A DNA stretch of 64,000 nt. Source: Malacoraja senta (lineage: Eukaryota). The translations under genes and the position numbers were made by a program. This document shows positions 13,058 through 24,600 of the stretch, piece by piece. The stretch is from assembly GCA_038087875.1 (NCBI GenBank), contig CM075979.1, positions 7,812,001 through 7,876,000 on the forward strand, in the 5' to 3' direction. The notes under the pieces are model-generated. The model worked only from the letters and a program-made list of their open reading frames with translations, was not told the origin of the DNA and did no database searches. Position 1 is the stretch's first letter. Every line of letters starts with the position of its first letter.

Positions 13058-14479
13058 TATTTAATTTTTTTTTTTTTTAAATGCATAAAATACATCAAAT
13101 GTACAATAAAGAAAATAGTGACAAGAGTTTTTGTACTTGCAGAACCTTTACTTCTAAACTCAACCATAACTCCTGTGTTCATTTTCATTTTATCCATTCT
13201 GATAATTTATTATTTTACTTGCTCCTGATTGGAGATGTATTTTTAGGAGGTACATTCAAGCTGATGTAAACAGATTTCCCAGAGGTACAAATAAGTAGCT
13301 AGACATTTGACAAGCTTTATGTACAAGCTAAAGAAGTAAAAGTGTGTTGCAGCATTAACATTGCCAGCACATGAGTGGGTGATCCATAGAAAATGCACCT
13401 CTTGATTGACTATAAAGTGATTGTAAGACAACTGCTGATATTGCAGATATGAAAACTGCATCTGCAGCACGAACAGTTATTACAGAAACCACTTTAACCA
13501 GCTACTGCTTGATGTTAAGCACATAAATCTATGAGCTTTGATGACATGTGACTAAAATATACTTGTTCGTCCACATGAGTTGTGTTCAATTCTGTTTAGC
13601 TTTAGTGCCACATGGATAGATTTTTAAAAAGCCTTAACGTAATTTAAAGTAAACAATGTTAAGACTTGTCTGAATCTATGCATCATTATAGTATATCTCG
13701 ATGATCCAACTATAAAACCAAATTAGAGTCCTTTTATGTTACAGGATCATGTTGACAGGATATAGGTTTGCACTTTAAGCTTGAAATACACAAGTTAGGA
13801 AATATTAGACTATGTATTGGTCTCTGTTTCCTTTCTCTTTTTTCACTACCTGTTGCAGTCATGTATGGTTGATTGTACCTGGATAGGATACAAAGTAACA
13901 AATGATGGATTTAATGCTTTGTGAACAGTGCGAGCGGAGAGCTCTCAATCCCACACAACATTTTGGCAGATTTGGAAAACCCACCTTAAAGTCCAATTTG
14001 AACCTATGTATTTCGATATTTGCTTTTCCACTCCAACTCTTTGTAAACCAGCTAAACACAGAAGGTCAAAGTTTGTTTCTGCAAAGGTGTAAATTCCCAC
14101 TATGTGCTTACAGCCTCTCCTCAATAATTCAATGATGACCCAAAATGTATTAATGGATTATCCATCAATTGCAGTCTGAGCAACAAAACTTCCAGTATAT
14201 TATTTTTTAACGTGCCACATGTTTCCACTATTCATACCAGTGCCTCTGATCTGCCTTTTATCCTCATCCTAGAAGTTCTCTCTAATATGACTGATAGGGT
14301 CCTCAGTTATATCTGCCTTATTTTGCACATTTCTGCTGTCATACCTTCCACCCAATGAGTCTTTATTTCAGTGGATCCTCATCTGCCAGTTAGCCATGGA
14401 ATTATAGAACTATACAACATGGAAACTGGCCCTTGGACCCACCTTGTCCATGTTGACCAAGTTGGCATTATGAGTTCTA

Positions 14480-14885
14480 TAATATACAGGCATTTGGACA
14501 GGCAAGGGCTGATTCGGGATAGTCAGCATGGTTTTGTAGGTGGGAGGTTGTGTCTCATAAATCTGATTGAGTTTTTTGAAGAAGTGAGTGACCAAAAAGG
14601 TCGATGAGGGCAGAGCTGTAGATGTCGTCAACATGGATTTCAGTAAGGCATTCAGTAAGGTTCCGCATGGTAGGCTGCTCTGGAAGGTTAGATCGTATGG
14701 GACCCAAGGAGAGATAGCTGAATGGATAGCAAATTGGCTCCATGGAAGGAAGCAGAGGGTGTTGGTGGAAGGTAACTTCTTGGACTGGAGGCCTGTGACT
14801 AGTGGTGTGCCTCAGGGTTCGGTGCTGGGCCCATTACTGTTTGTCATCAACATCAATGATTTGGATGGGAACATACAAGGCAAAT
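14480..14885 (+). mobile_element. CR1-type LINE RT fragment
   Basis: SQHGF...LIEFFEEV; VDVV.MDFSKAF.KVPHGRL; [16 protein letters not shown]. Confidence 0.88.
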
Positions 14886-14927
14886 TGAATGAGGAAAAAT
14901 ATCAGTCAGAATCCTCATGCATACAAT

Positions 14928-15540
14928 TAGTTTAGTTTAGAGATATAGTACGGAAACAGGCCCACTGGGATCCGTGCCAACCAGCGATCCCCACACATTA
15001 ACACCATCCTCCACGCACTAGATAGATAGATAGATAGATAGATAGATATGCCTTTATTGTCATTCAGACCGAAGTCTGGATGAAATTGCAGCAGTCATAC
15101 ATATAATACAATAAAAACAACAATAAACACATATTAACATCCACCACAGTGAGTCCACCCAGCATCTCCTCACTGTGATGGAGGCAAACGTCTTAGGTCT
15201 GCAGCCTCTTCCCTCCTCTTCTCCCTCTGCGCTGAGGCGATACCCCCCGGGAGATGTTATAAATCAGTCCCGCGGCTCAAACACCGCGGCCCGGGGTGGT
15301 CGAAGCTGCCGCCCACCACTAGGGACAATTTTTACATTTATCAAGCCAATTAACCTACAAACCTGTACATCTTTGTGCTGTGAGAGGAAAACCGAAGATC
15401 TCGGAGAAAACCCGCACAGGTCACGGGGAGAACGTACAAACTCCGTACAGACAGCACCCGTAGTCGGGATCGAACCTGGGTCTCCGGAGCTGCAAGCGCT
15501 ATAAGGCAGCAACTCTACCGCTGCACCACCGTTCCGCCCT
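14928..15540 (-). mobile_element. HE1/V-SINE (tRNA-derived) interrupted by a LINE 3'-end insertion with (GATA)n tail at ~15021-15316
   Basis: SINE tail ttagtttagagata..gaaacaggccc and head ggcagcaactctaccgctgc; cactag repeated on both sides of the insert. Confidence 0.8.
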
Positions 15541-15959
15541 GCTGTTTGTCCAAACTCTCTTGTAATTCTAAAATCGTAAAGTTACACAAAACACGGTCAG
15601 TTTCTCCATAAGATTGTTTGATGGCTTCCCTAGACAATGCCTTGCATCTTCTTTCTCTTATTTACAGATTGTTTTTTCAGCTCGAAGCATTGTCAGCAAT
15701 TCTTTCGTATCTTGCGGTTCTTGAAAAGTGCCAAAGGCCTGCAAATTTATTACACTCTGCTCCATAACAGCGGCAGAGTATTCTGCCTCCATATGGTGGG
15801 AGCAGTCTGGCTTCTTATGATTTTCAATTTCTTACTGTTGTCGTGTATAATACTCATCATGTCTTTGAATACAGTAGTAAGCCACATATGCTAACAATTT
15901 AATAGTCTTATCTACTTTATTCTTCTTTTGATCTGCCTGTTCCAGAATAAAATTTACTG

Positions 15960-16100
15960 CCGAGCTGCCAACTCTCACACATTGAGCGTGAGAATCACGC
16001 ATTTCGCCCAATTCTCACGCTCTCAAGCTGATCCTAGAATTTCTCACGCTCTGTCGTGAGAAATTCTGTGATCAACGAGAATTTCAAAACTATTATAAAC
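15960..16100 (+). mobile_element. Probable left end of a non-autonomous DNA transposon (hAT-like gagctgccaact start with ctcacgc subterminal repeats)
   Basis: Terminus resembles the (C/T)AGGGTTGCCA class of TIR; repeated tctcacgc/gtgaga motifs; no matching right TIR found. Confidence 0.4.
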
Positions 16101-16231
16101 TGCATGGGCCGTGGGTGTTGGAGAGCTGAGGGAGGGATGGAAGCAGAAGCAGCGGCGAGGACAGATGCGGACGGGGAGCCGGTGCTGGCGTGTGTATGCC
16201 GGGCTGGCGAGTGTTTGCTGCAGCTCCGGCC

Positions 16232-16378
16232 ATGGAGCAGCCTCAGTGCAAGAGTCCCGAGGCGTCGGAAGCGTTGCGCCGCTGCCCTGAGAGTCTCTGC
16301 GCTGAATTCACCCTGGTGACCGGCATGGACCAGGCTGCGTCTTGGTACATCCTGGAGGACAACCAGTGGCTGCTGGAA
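16232..16378 (+). pseudogene. Orphan first coding exon resembling the TDP2 N-terminal UBA-like domain
   Basis: GCCATGG Kozak start; MEQPQ...SLCAEFTLVTGMDQAASWYILEDNQWLLE followed directly by GTAAGT. Recalled human TDP2 segment: LCVEFASVASCDAAVAQCFLAENDWEME. No downstream exons seen. Confidence 0.6.
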
Positions 16379-16494
16379 GTAAGTACCAAGCACTGGGTAG
16401 AAGCGGTGGAAGACAGTGGCCTTCAAATGGGGGTGGTTGGAGAAAGCATCCTGCTTGCCTGCTAGATTTTCACTTACTGTAACTGCAGGAAAAA

Positions 16495-16830
16495 ATTTCC
16501 CGATGTTGGGGGAGTTCAGAACCAGCGGTCACAGTTTAAAAATTAGGGGTAGGCCATTTAGGACTGAGATGAGGACAAACTTTCTTCACCCAGAGAGTTG
16601 TGAAATTGTGGAATTCTCTGCCACAGAAAGCAGAGCAGGCCAATTCACTGGATGTTTTCAAGAGAGAGTTACATTTAGTTCTTGGGGCTAGCGAAATCAA
16701 GGGATATGGGGAAAAAACAGGAAAGAGGTACTGATTTTAGATGAACAGCCTTGATCATATTGAATGACAGTGCTAGCTCGAAGGGCAGAACGGCCTATTC
16801 CTGCACCTTTTTTCTATGTTTCTATGTTTG
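16495..16830 (+). mobile_element. CR1/HER1 LINE 3' tail
   Basis: FPMLGEFRTSGHSLKIRGRPFRTEMR and tail cctgcacc...(ttctatgt)n. Confidence 0.85.
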
Positions 16831-17394
16831 AGTACATGGCAAAAAACACTCGACCACTTGATTTTGAAGCATTCATGCATGGTGGAGGTATAATGTAGTT
16901 ATAGAGTGATACAGTGTGAAAACAGGCCCTTCGGCCCAACTTCCCCACACCTGCCAACATGTCCCAGCTACGCTACCTGCTTTTGGTCCATATCCCTCCA
17001 AACCTGTCCTAACCATGTATCAGTCTAACTGTTTCTTAAATGTTGGGATAGTCCCTGCCTCAACTACCTCCTCTCAACTACTTCCATACACCCACCACCC
17101 TTTGTGTGGAAAAAGTTACCCCTTAAAAAGTTACCTCTTAAAAATACTTTTAAAAAAAACATTGAAATCATACTTCTACAATGCACTAAAACATAATTTT
17201 AATACATCAAATTTCAAAAGGTCCCACACCCTCCCCCCACTTGGTCGCTGCACTCCCTCACTGGGTACCCCCAAGGCCAGTGATCAGTGATCACTCAGCT
17301 CCCCCCACTTTCAAAAAAGCTCTGCGGCCTCTGGTTCAGACAGAGAGCACTGCTGGATGTGAGCGGGGAACCGAGGCCAGTTGTCCGTGATGTA

Positions 17395-18926
17395 CCCTGA
17401 TGGTCTGCATCCCAGGGTACTAAAGGAAGTGGTTTTAGAAATCGTGGATGCATTGGTGATAATTTTACAATGTTCTATAGACTCAGGATCAGTTCCTGTG
17501 GATTGGAGGGTAGCTAATGTTATCCCGCTTTTTAAGAAAGGCGGGAGAGAGAAAATTGGGAATTATAGACCAGTTAGCCTGACATTGGTGGTAGGGAAGA
17601 TGCTGGAGTCAATTATAAAAGATGAGATAGCTGAACATTTGGATAGCAGTAACAGGATCGGTCCGAGTCAGCATGGATTTACGAAGGGGAAATCACGCTT
17701 GACTAATCTTGTGGAATTTTTTGAAGATGTAACTAGGAATATGGACAAGGGAGAGCCAGTGGATGTAGTGTACCTGGACTTTCAGAACGCATTTGATAAG
17801 GTCCCACATAGGAGATTAGTGGGCAAAATTAGGGCACATGGTATTGGGGGTAGAGTGCTGACATGGATAGAGAAGTGGTTATCAGACAGGAAACAAAGAG
17901 TAGGGATTAATGGGTCCCTTTCAGAACGGCAGGCAGTGAGTAGTGGGGAACCGCAAGGCTCGGTGCAGGGACCACAGCTATTTACAATGTACATCAATGA
18001 TTTGGATGAAGGGATTCAAAGAAACATTAGCAAATTTGCAGATGACACAAAGCTGGGTGGCAGTGTGAACTGTGAGGAGGATGCTATGAGAATGCAGGGT
18101 GACCTGGACAGGTTGTGGGAGTGGGCAGATGCATGGCAGATGAAGTTTAATGCGGATGAATGTGAGGTTATCCACTTTGGTAGCAAAAACAGGAAGGCAG
18201 AATACTATCTAAATGGCGTCAAGTTGGGAAAAGGGGAAGTACAACGGGATCTGGGGATCCTTGTACATCAGTCTATGAAAGTAAGCATGCAGGTGCAGCA
18301 GGCAGTGAAGAAAGCGAATGGCATGTTGGCCTTTATAACAAGAGGAATCTAATATAGGAGCAAAGTGGTCCTTCTGCAGTTGTACAGAGCCCTAGTGAGA
18401 CCACACCTGGAGTATTGTGTGCAGTTTTGGTCATTCTTGCTATTGAGAGAGTGCAGCATAGGTTTACAAGGTTAATTCCTGGGATGGCAGGACTGTCATA
18501 TGCCGAGAGAATGGAGCAGCTGGGCTTGTACACTCTGGAGTTTAGAAGGATGAGAGGGGATCTCATTGAAAAGATTGTTAAGGGTTTGGACACGCTAGAG
18601 GCAGGAAACATGTTCCCGATGTTGGGGGAGTCCAGAACCAGGGGCCACAGTTTAAGAATAAGGAGTAAGCCATTTAGAACGGAGACGAGGAAACACTTTT
18701 TCTCACAGAGAGTGATGAGTCTGTGGAATTCTCTGCCTCGGTGGAGGCAGGTTCTCTGGATGCTTTCAAGAGAGAGCTAGATAGGGCTCTTAAAAATAGC
18801 GGAGTCAGGGGATATGGGGAGAAGGCAGGAACGGGGTACTGATTGGGGATGATCAGCCATGATCACATTGAAGGGCTCGAAGGGCCGAATGGCCTACTCC
18901 TGCACCTATTGTCTATTGTCTATTGA
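17395..18926 (+). mobile_element. CR1/HER1 LINE, 5'-truncated, RT domain open over 323 aa
   Basis: PDGLHPRVLKE...NYRPVSLT...SQHGF...YLDFQ.AFDKVPH...KFADDTKL; ends in (ctattgt)n. Confidence 0.95.
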
Positions 18927-19895
18927 TGCATGGGCAAGGACAAACTGGTCCCATGAGCACCAATATCTTTCAATCTGTCACCACAATAACCCCCTTTTCT
19001 ATTATTTCTACCAAATGATCACATATCCAACATTATATTCAATTTGATATGCCCTGCACTTATCCACTTTGCCTTTCTTCTCTTTCTGTTTCATTGTCTA
19101 CACCTCAACCCACCTTCCCAAATTATTTCCAACCTTCCCCATCTCCCTATCACCCAGTTTCTTTCCCCTCCCCTGCCACGTGTTGGTTACCCACACACTC
19201 TTACCACTCCCACCCTCCCTTAATTCCCATCTGTCTACCCGCTGCCCTATTTAGTTTAGAGATACAGAGCAGAAACAGGCCTTTCGGCCTACCGAGTCCA
19301 CGCCGACCAACACTAAACTACACTAAACCACACACAAGCACTATCCTACACACTAATTTACATCTTTACCGAAGCCAAGTATCCTACAAACCTGTACGGC
19401 TTTGGAGTGTGAGAGGAAACCCTGGAGAAAACCCACATGCAGTCACTGGGAGAACATACAAACTCCGTACAGACAGCATCCATAGTCAGGATCGAACCCG
19501 GATCTCTGATCAGGGTGTAAAAGCCCTGTTTCACGGTGCGAGCTGACCCACGAGGTACCCCGAGTGAAAGACTCGTGGAAGTGTACGAGATTCCAAGTGT
19601 ATGATCAAGAGTTTAACCGAGTTCCCACGGGTATGACTACGTTTGCCGTTTACTTGTCATTTCTGCGATGTTCCAAGTTCGTCTCCCGAGTTACCAAGTT
19701 CCTCTCCCGAGTTACTCTTGAGCCAACCGTGAATGAAGTCTGTTTTAATAAGCAACAGTGTTAAAGAAGACATCTCCATCCTGCGGCTTTGAGTTAAGAT
19801 AGAATTCAGCGCGGCCGCATCTATTGATATGATCTACAAAGGGAAAATGCGCACCGTCCAGTGCCAGAGCAGTTATACTTATGATTTGTTTGAAA

Positions 19896-20278
19896 CAATA
19901 GCAGTGAGGAAGAAGCATTCTCACGTCTACACCAGTGATAAACCGTACAACTGTAAAGTAAGAGGCTGCGACAAGTCATACACTCACCCTAGTTCTCTTC
20001 GCAAACACATGAAAGTTCACTGCAAATCTCCTCCCCCTCCCGCTAGCTCAGGCTATGAACTTTCAAACACATCCCTGGGGATGGTGTCCCCAGCCGCAGA
20101 GACAGTCAGGGGCCGCACTGCCAGCGTGTCCTCACATGTAACCAACCTCAACGAATGGTACGTCTGTGAGGGAAGCGGGGCGGCCAACAGCCTGCATGCA
20201 CCTTCCAACAATGGCACCTCGTCCGACACCGAGGATGAGGAAGTTTACACGAACTCTGATCCCAGAACTATGCTCTGA
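19896..20278 (+). pseudogene. ZIC5: ZIC5-like last-exon fragment (end of zinc finger 4, finger 5, C-terminus)
   Basis: [44 protein letters not shown]...[10 protein letters not shown]...[19 protein letters not shown] matches the recalled ZIC5 C-terminus (ZIC4 not fully excluded). NSSD codons lie upstream out of frame; last His of ZF4 is Tyr. Confidence 0.8.
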
Positions 20279-21617
20279 TATAGGTGCGTTGGAGAAGTGT
20301 GCAAGTGGGCAAGAGTCAACGCAGGGTTAGTGGCAATGGAGCCCATCAACTAAAGGCAGCTAGGATGTCCAATGATGACCATCTTACACCAGCTAGATTT
20401 AAACCTCGTAGGAAAGGAATTTAAGGGCTAAGTATCGGTTCTTAGGCAACTTTTTGGCCTCCGTGTCAGTCAGAATTATTGTGTGTACTTCGAGGTAAAA
20501 GAGAATCGCTATCTCATTTACTTTCAGACTATAAATATTGATTTTCTGAAATCAGACGTGACTTAAATAGATAAAACATATCATCAGACCCATTTCGGAC
20601 TGGCAATAGAATCTTCGACCCACGAGAAACACCTCGCTTCTTGGAAGTGATACATACATTGCCGATCTTTGCTTACTCCCAAATTAGAGACCATTGTCCG
20701 AAAGAAGGGAAATTCTACAATTCTGTGAAATCTTCATGACTATAATCCCTGGAGGGAATCAAAACGGCCATAGCCTTGTGTTCAGTGAAATGACCCAGTG
20801 CCACCACGTTCGGTAACGAAGCACAAGCGACATTCTATTTACACATACCTAACATACAAAGCTGAATTCGGACTTTCCTGCTATATGTGAAAAGAGTCTT
20901 CTATCAGTAAGAGTGAAACTCACAAGTACTCTATTTGACCCTGAAATCAGAATCGACAATATCTCAACCCTTAAATCCAAGAGCTCTAGGATTCTTTTGT
21001 GTGATCTTCTATCCGTCATGGTAAAGTAAAAAATCTCATATTTTACAGATAATTATTCAGGCCTTCAGACAAGCAAACTAAAGAGCACTAATATATCCTT
21101 AGAGGCCAGAAGATGCAAAAATGACAGGCCTGTCCCTGTAGGATTTGTACATAATTGTCGTTAGCTATGTTAAGATTTTGTCCAGAAATGCTCTTTTATT
21201 TGTAAACTATAATTTATTTGCTGATGTGTCATATCTTTCTGCGATGGTACAGACACACCAAAGAATTATATTATTACGTTTGGTGCTGTATTGTGGTGTT
21301 TATGAACTGTGGTTTCGTCAGACAATTTAATTTTTGATTAATTGAATGAAATGTAAAATGTGAAAAGTAAAATATGTGATTGTTTATTTCTACTCAGTGG
21401 TGGTTAATCGTTGTAACTACAGTATTGGTCCATGTTATGATCATGATGCTTGTTGCAGTCATCTTGTATTTCCCTTGCATTGACAAACGCCACCCAGAAC
21501 TCCTGATTGAAAAAAAATGCAACAAAGACAGTTCCTTTATTGAAATGAATGGTCCACGTGTACTTTGTGTTTCAGTGAAAGAGGTTAAACCGTGTGACAG
21601 TGTATTTTCCAATTGTG

Positions 21618-21623
21618 AATAAA
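21618..21623 (+). terminator. Putative poly(A) signal of the captured ZIC 3' UTR
   Basis: AATAAA after ~1.3 kb of AU-rich, TGTA-rich UTR-like sequence, followed by a GT/T-rich stretch and no poly(A). Confidence 0.55.
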
Positions 21624-24600
21624 GAGATATTGTTCTTCCTCTGTTTTAATAATCGTATTCCATATTAAATGTCTAAATCCTAACAAAATGTCAAAACGTG
21701 ATTTTTTTTGCGGGGTCTGCGGATGTAGCAACACTCAACTCGATCTTCGATAGTGAAGAATCGAGTAATCTCAGCCAATGATGGAAAGCCAGATGATTTC
21801 AGGCCCCGGGCGTGAGTTTTATGTTTATATGTTTATTGTTGCACAAGGACCTCTGCCTCTGTGCAAATATTTACCTGTTCAATGGCAGAATGGGAGACAT
21901 GTAAGAGGCAGGTCGAAGAAGCTACCTGGATACAATTGGCAGCCGGATGTAAAACAGTTCACAATATTATCTGTAATCGTTATTTGAAAACAACGTAAAA
22001 AAGGCAAGCAAAAAAGTCACATTTGTTTTCGGAAATCAAAATGTTCTGGAGTCCAAAATTGCAGGGAAACTGGGAGATATATTGGTTGAGGTGAAATCAA
22101 GATTTAACGAAGATTCCCGTTTTACAAATCCGGTCGCAGTACACGAATATACCGAACTGTTTTAATATCTCCACAGTTCAGTTGTAACCTCGCCCCACAA
22201 ATGTTATACTTGATGATTTACATGTTATTGCACGGTCATCCCCAGCAGCGCACAAAACCAAAATGCGGCATCAAAAACAATGCGGCAAAATACATCGTTT
22301 CCGCAATTCAATTTCTGATTGTCACAGTTCTAGATATGATGAAGTTTTTCAAAATTCATCATCTGTCTCAGAGGAACTGAATTTGTCTCTAGGATCATAA
22401 TGAATATTTAAATTATTATCGTCGACTTTATGTACGTTATGGATGGTATATCCCATGTACCGCTGATCGCGCTTCAGGGTCACCTTGTGAAGGTGGATAT
22501 CATACCACCTAAAAGCGCTGGAGTTACACAAAGACAGCAGAAATTTGGAAATGTCATCCCATCACACATTCCTTCTCTCCAGAGATGCTGCCTGCCCGCT
22601 GAGTTAAAGAGTTCCCACGGTAGACTCACGAGTCACTAAGGTAAACGCACGGGCCACTACGTTCTTACAACATGTTTAAATGTTTCAAATTTTAACCTCA
22701 AGAGTACATTTTACTCGTGGAAAAGTTTAAACATGTTTGAATTTTTCCAAGAGTTAACAAGTGTCACAGGTACCTGCCATTAGCGCCAAGAGTCGCTAAG
22801 TTACGTTCACGAGTTCCGACGTTCCCGCTACGTTAATCGTACATGATTACCACAAGTTAAATTTGTTTTAAGCTCAGGGTACCTCGTGGGTCAGCTCGCA
22901 CCGTGAGACGGGTTTAAGGTAGCAACTCTTACTTCTGCTCCACCGTGCCGCCACTCTTCGCTTTCCCTTCTTATCAGCTTCCATAATCTGCAGTAGGAAA
23001 TTTTATTCTCTACCCATCACCTCCCATCCTCTATCAGGTTGAACTAAATTACTTGCACATGACCTGGTGTTAGAGCAGTTACTTTTTCAAAAATTAAGGA
23101 ATCATTTTTTAAACATTTCACTTTAATTGCGAGGACCGTGGAAGGGAAGCTGTGTTTTCATGAAGTATATATAATTTTCATTAAGACAGAGCTGTCATGC
23201 ATGGATCGTGTGCCATGTGGCGGAAGCAGTCGCACCAGCCAGATGAGTCCAGTGACCTCGTTTTATGCTGTAACAATATAAGTATCACAAAATAATCTGG
23301 GCCCTATAATTTTCCACAGCCATGACTTGTATTGATCTGTTGGCAGGAGAGAACCTATTTTGTATTTCCTACTTTGATTGCTTGCGCCCTTGGTGTGCTG
23401 CATCTGTCTGAGGAAGTGCCAGACTTTAACAAAGAGATTAGAAAATTATCCATTTCAATCAAAATTCACAGACATGCAGAAGATGGTAAATCGATGGGCC
23501 TAAGTAGTATCTGCATGAATCTGTGTGACGTTGGTCCAACAATCATGATCTTATTGGACTTTAAAAAAAATATTTTACCAGTATCTTCCAATAAGCACAT
23601 TAATTTGGAATTTAACAAAATAGCATATAAAGTAACATAAAAGGATTTCCTAACTTATTGTTAATAAATGTCTGTGCATGATTCCTTTATTATTAACAGT
23701 TGGAATTTTTGAAGAAATATTTGTACTTTGCTGCTTGGCTCCAAGTAATCTGCGGGATCTGGTGTGAGACTCTTTGAATAATGGCATTTAAAAAAATGGA
23801 TGTAAACATCAAATTAAGAAATGTAATATGATGAAACATACATAGATGATTCAACGAGTGACCCTCCTGCCAACTGGTGAAGAATGACATTTTATTGAAA
23901 CTTGGCAAAATATAAAATTTTAAGAATACAGGTTTATAGGAATATTTTAACCTTTTTTTTGACCCTTTAAATGTCATTGTATTACTGTAAGCATTGGAAA
24001 TATGACATTTAGATGTAGGGTAGAATTTGACCTTTTAAAGATGCTTTATAGATAATGAACAATGTGAACTCAATTTTTATCTGGAAAACCAGGTTCTTGC
24101 TTTCATTTTAACTGAACTACATGGGCTAAGATACATGTAATCAGGCGATTTGTGATTGTGAAGAGAATTCAACTGCTGTTTATATTTCTAAATTCATGCA
24201 AGATTTAACATTGTGGTGTTGAAATGGGCAAATATAATCCAGTTGTAATGGAGCTACCATCCTGCGCTGTGGCACGCACGATACAGTAATTGTGAATCAA
24301 CAGGCTCCAGCAGGAGTTCAGCTGCAGCTTCATGGCTTCAGCATTATTCAGTGCGGGTGGTTTATGCTTGAGAGATTTACCACAGATACATTTTTATTCA
24401 TGGTGAACATGGGCTGAATGAAATGTTATTGTCATGTATTTTTGGAAAGGTCTAAAAGGTTGTTCTCCTTGGATAAGGGGAAGTCTATGAATTTAATGAA
24501 TATACTCAAAATTACAAAGGGATTTGCTGAGCAAATAAAATTTCATCTGGAGGGAAGGTTGATCACCAGAGAAGAGAGAATTAACTATAATGACTAAAGG

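Larger units (their letters stand above)
19521..22914. mobile_element. Non-autonomous PIF/Harbinger-type element carrying host DNA (Pack-TIR)
   Basis: TAA TSD at 19518-19520 and 22915-22917; ~40-bp TIR with core tcacggtgcgagctgacccacgaggtaccc, imperfect at the tips; gagtt-rich arms at ~19521-19720 and ~22605-22914. Confidence 0.9.
19251..22953 (-). mobile_element. HE1/V-SINE split into 19251-19520 and 22915-22953 by a Harbinger insertion
   Basis: ...gatcgaacccggatctctg..gtgTAA | TAAggtagcaactctt..ctgc..caccgtgccgcc rejoins to the SINE sequence seen elsewhere (e.g. 54013-54053). Confidence 0.88.

Noticed and set aside
19802-19818. EcoRI and NotI sites close together (gaattcagcgcggccgc), like a cloning adapter
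   Set aside because: Spacing differs from the usual adapter, no vector sequence follows, and the region is CpG-rich and bounded by natural TIR/TSD.
19829-20278. 149-aa ORF as a functional ZIC gene
   Set aside because: The first ~26 aa are unrelated to ZIC, fingers 1-3 are absent, finger 4 is broken, and it lies inside TIRs.
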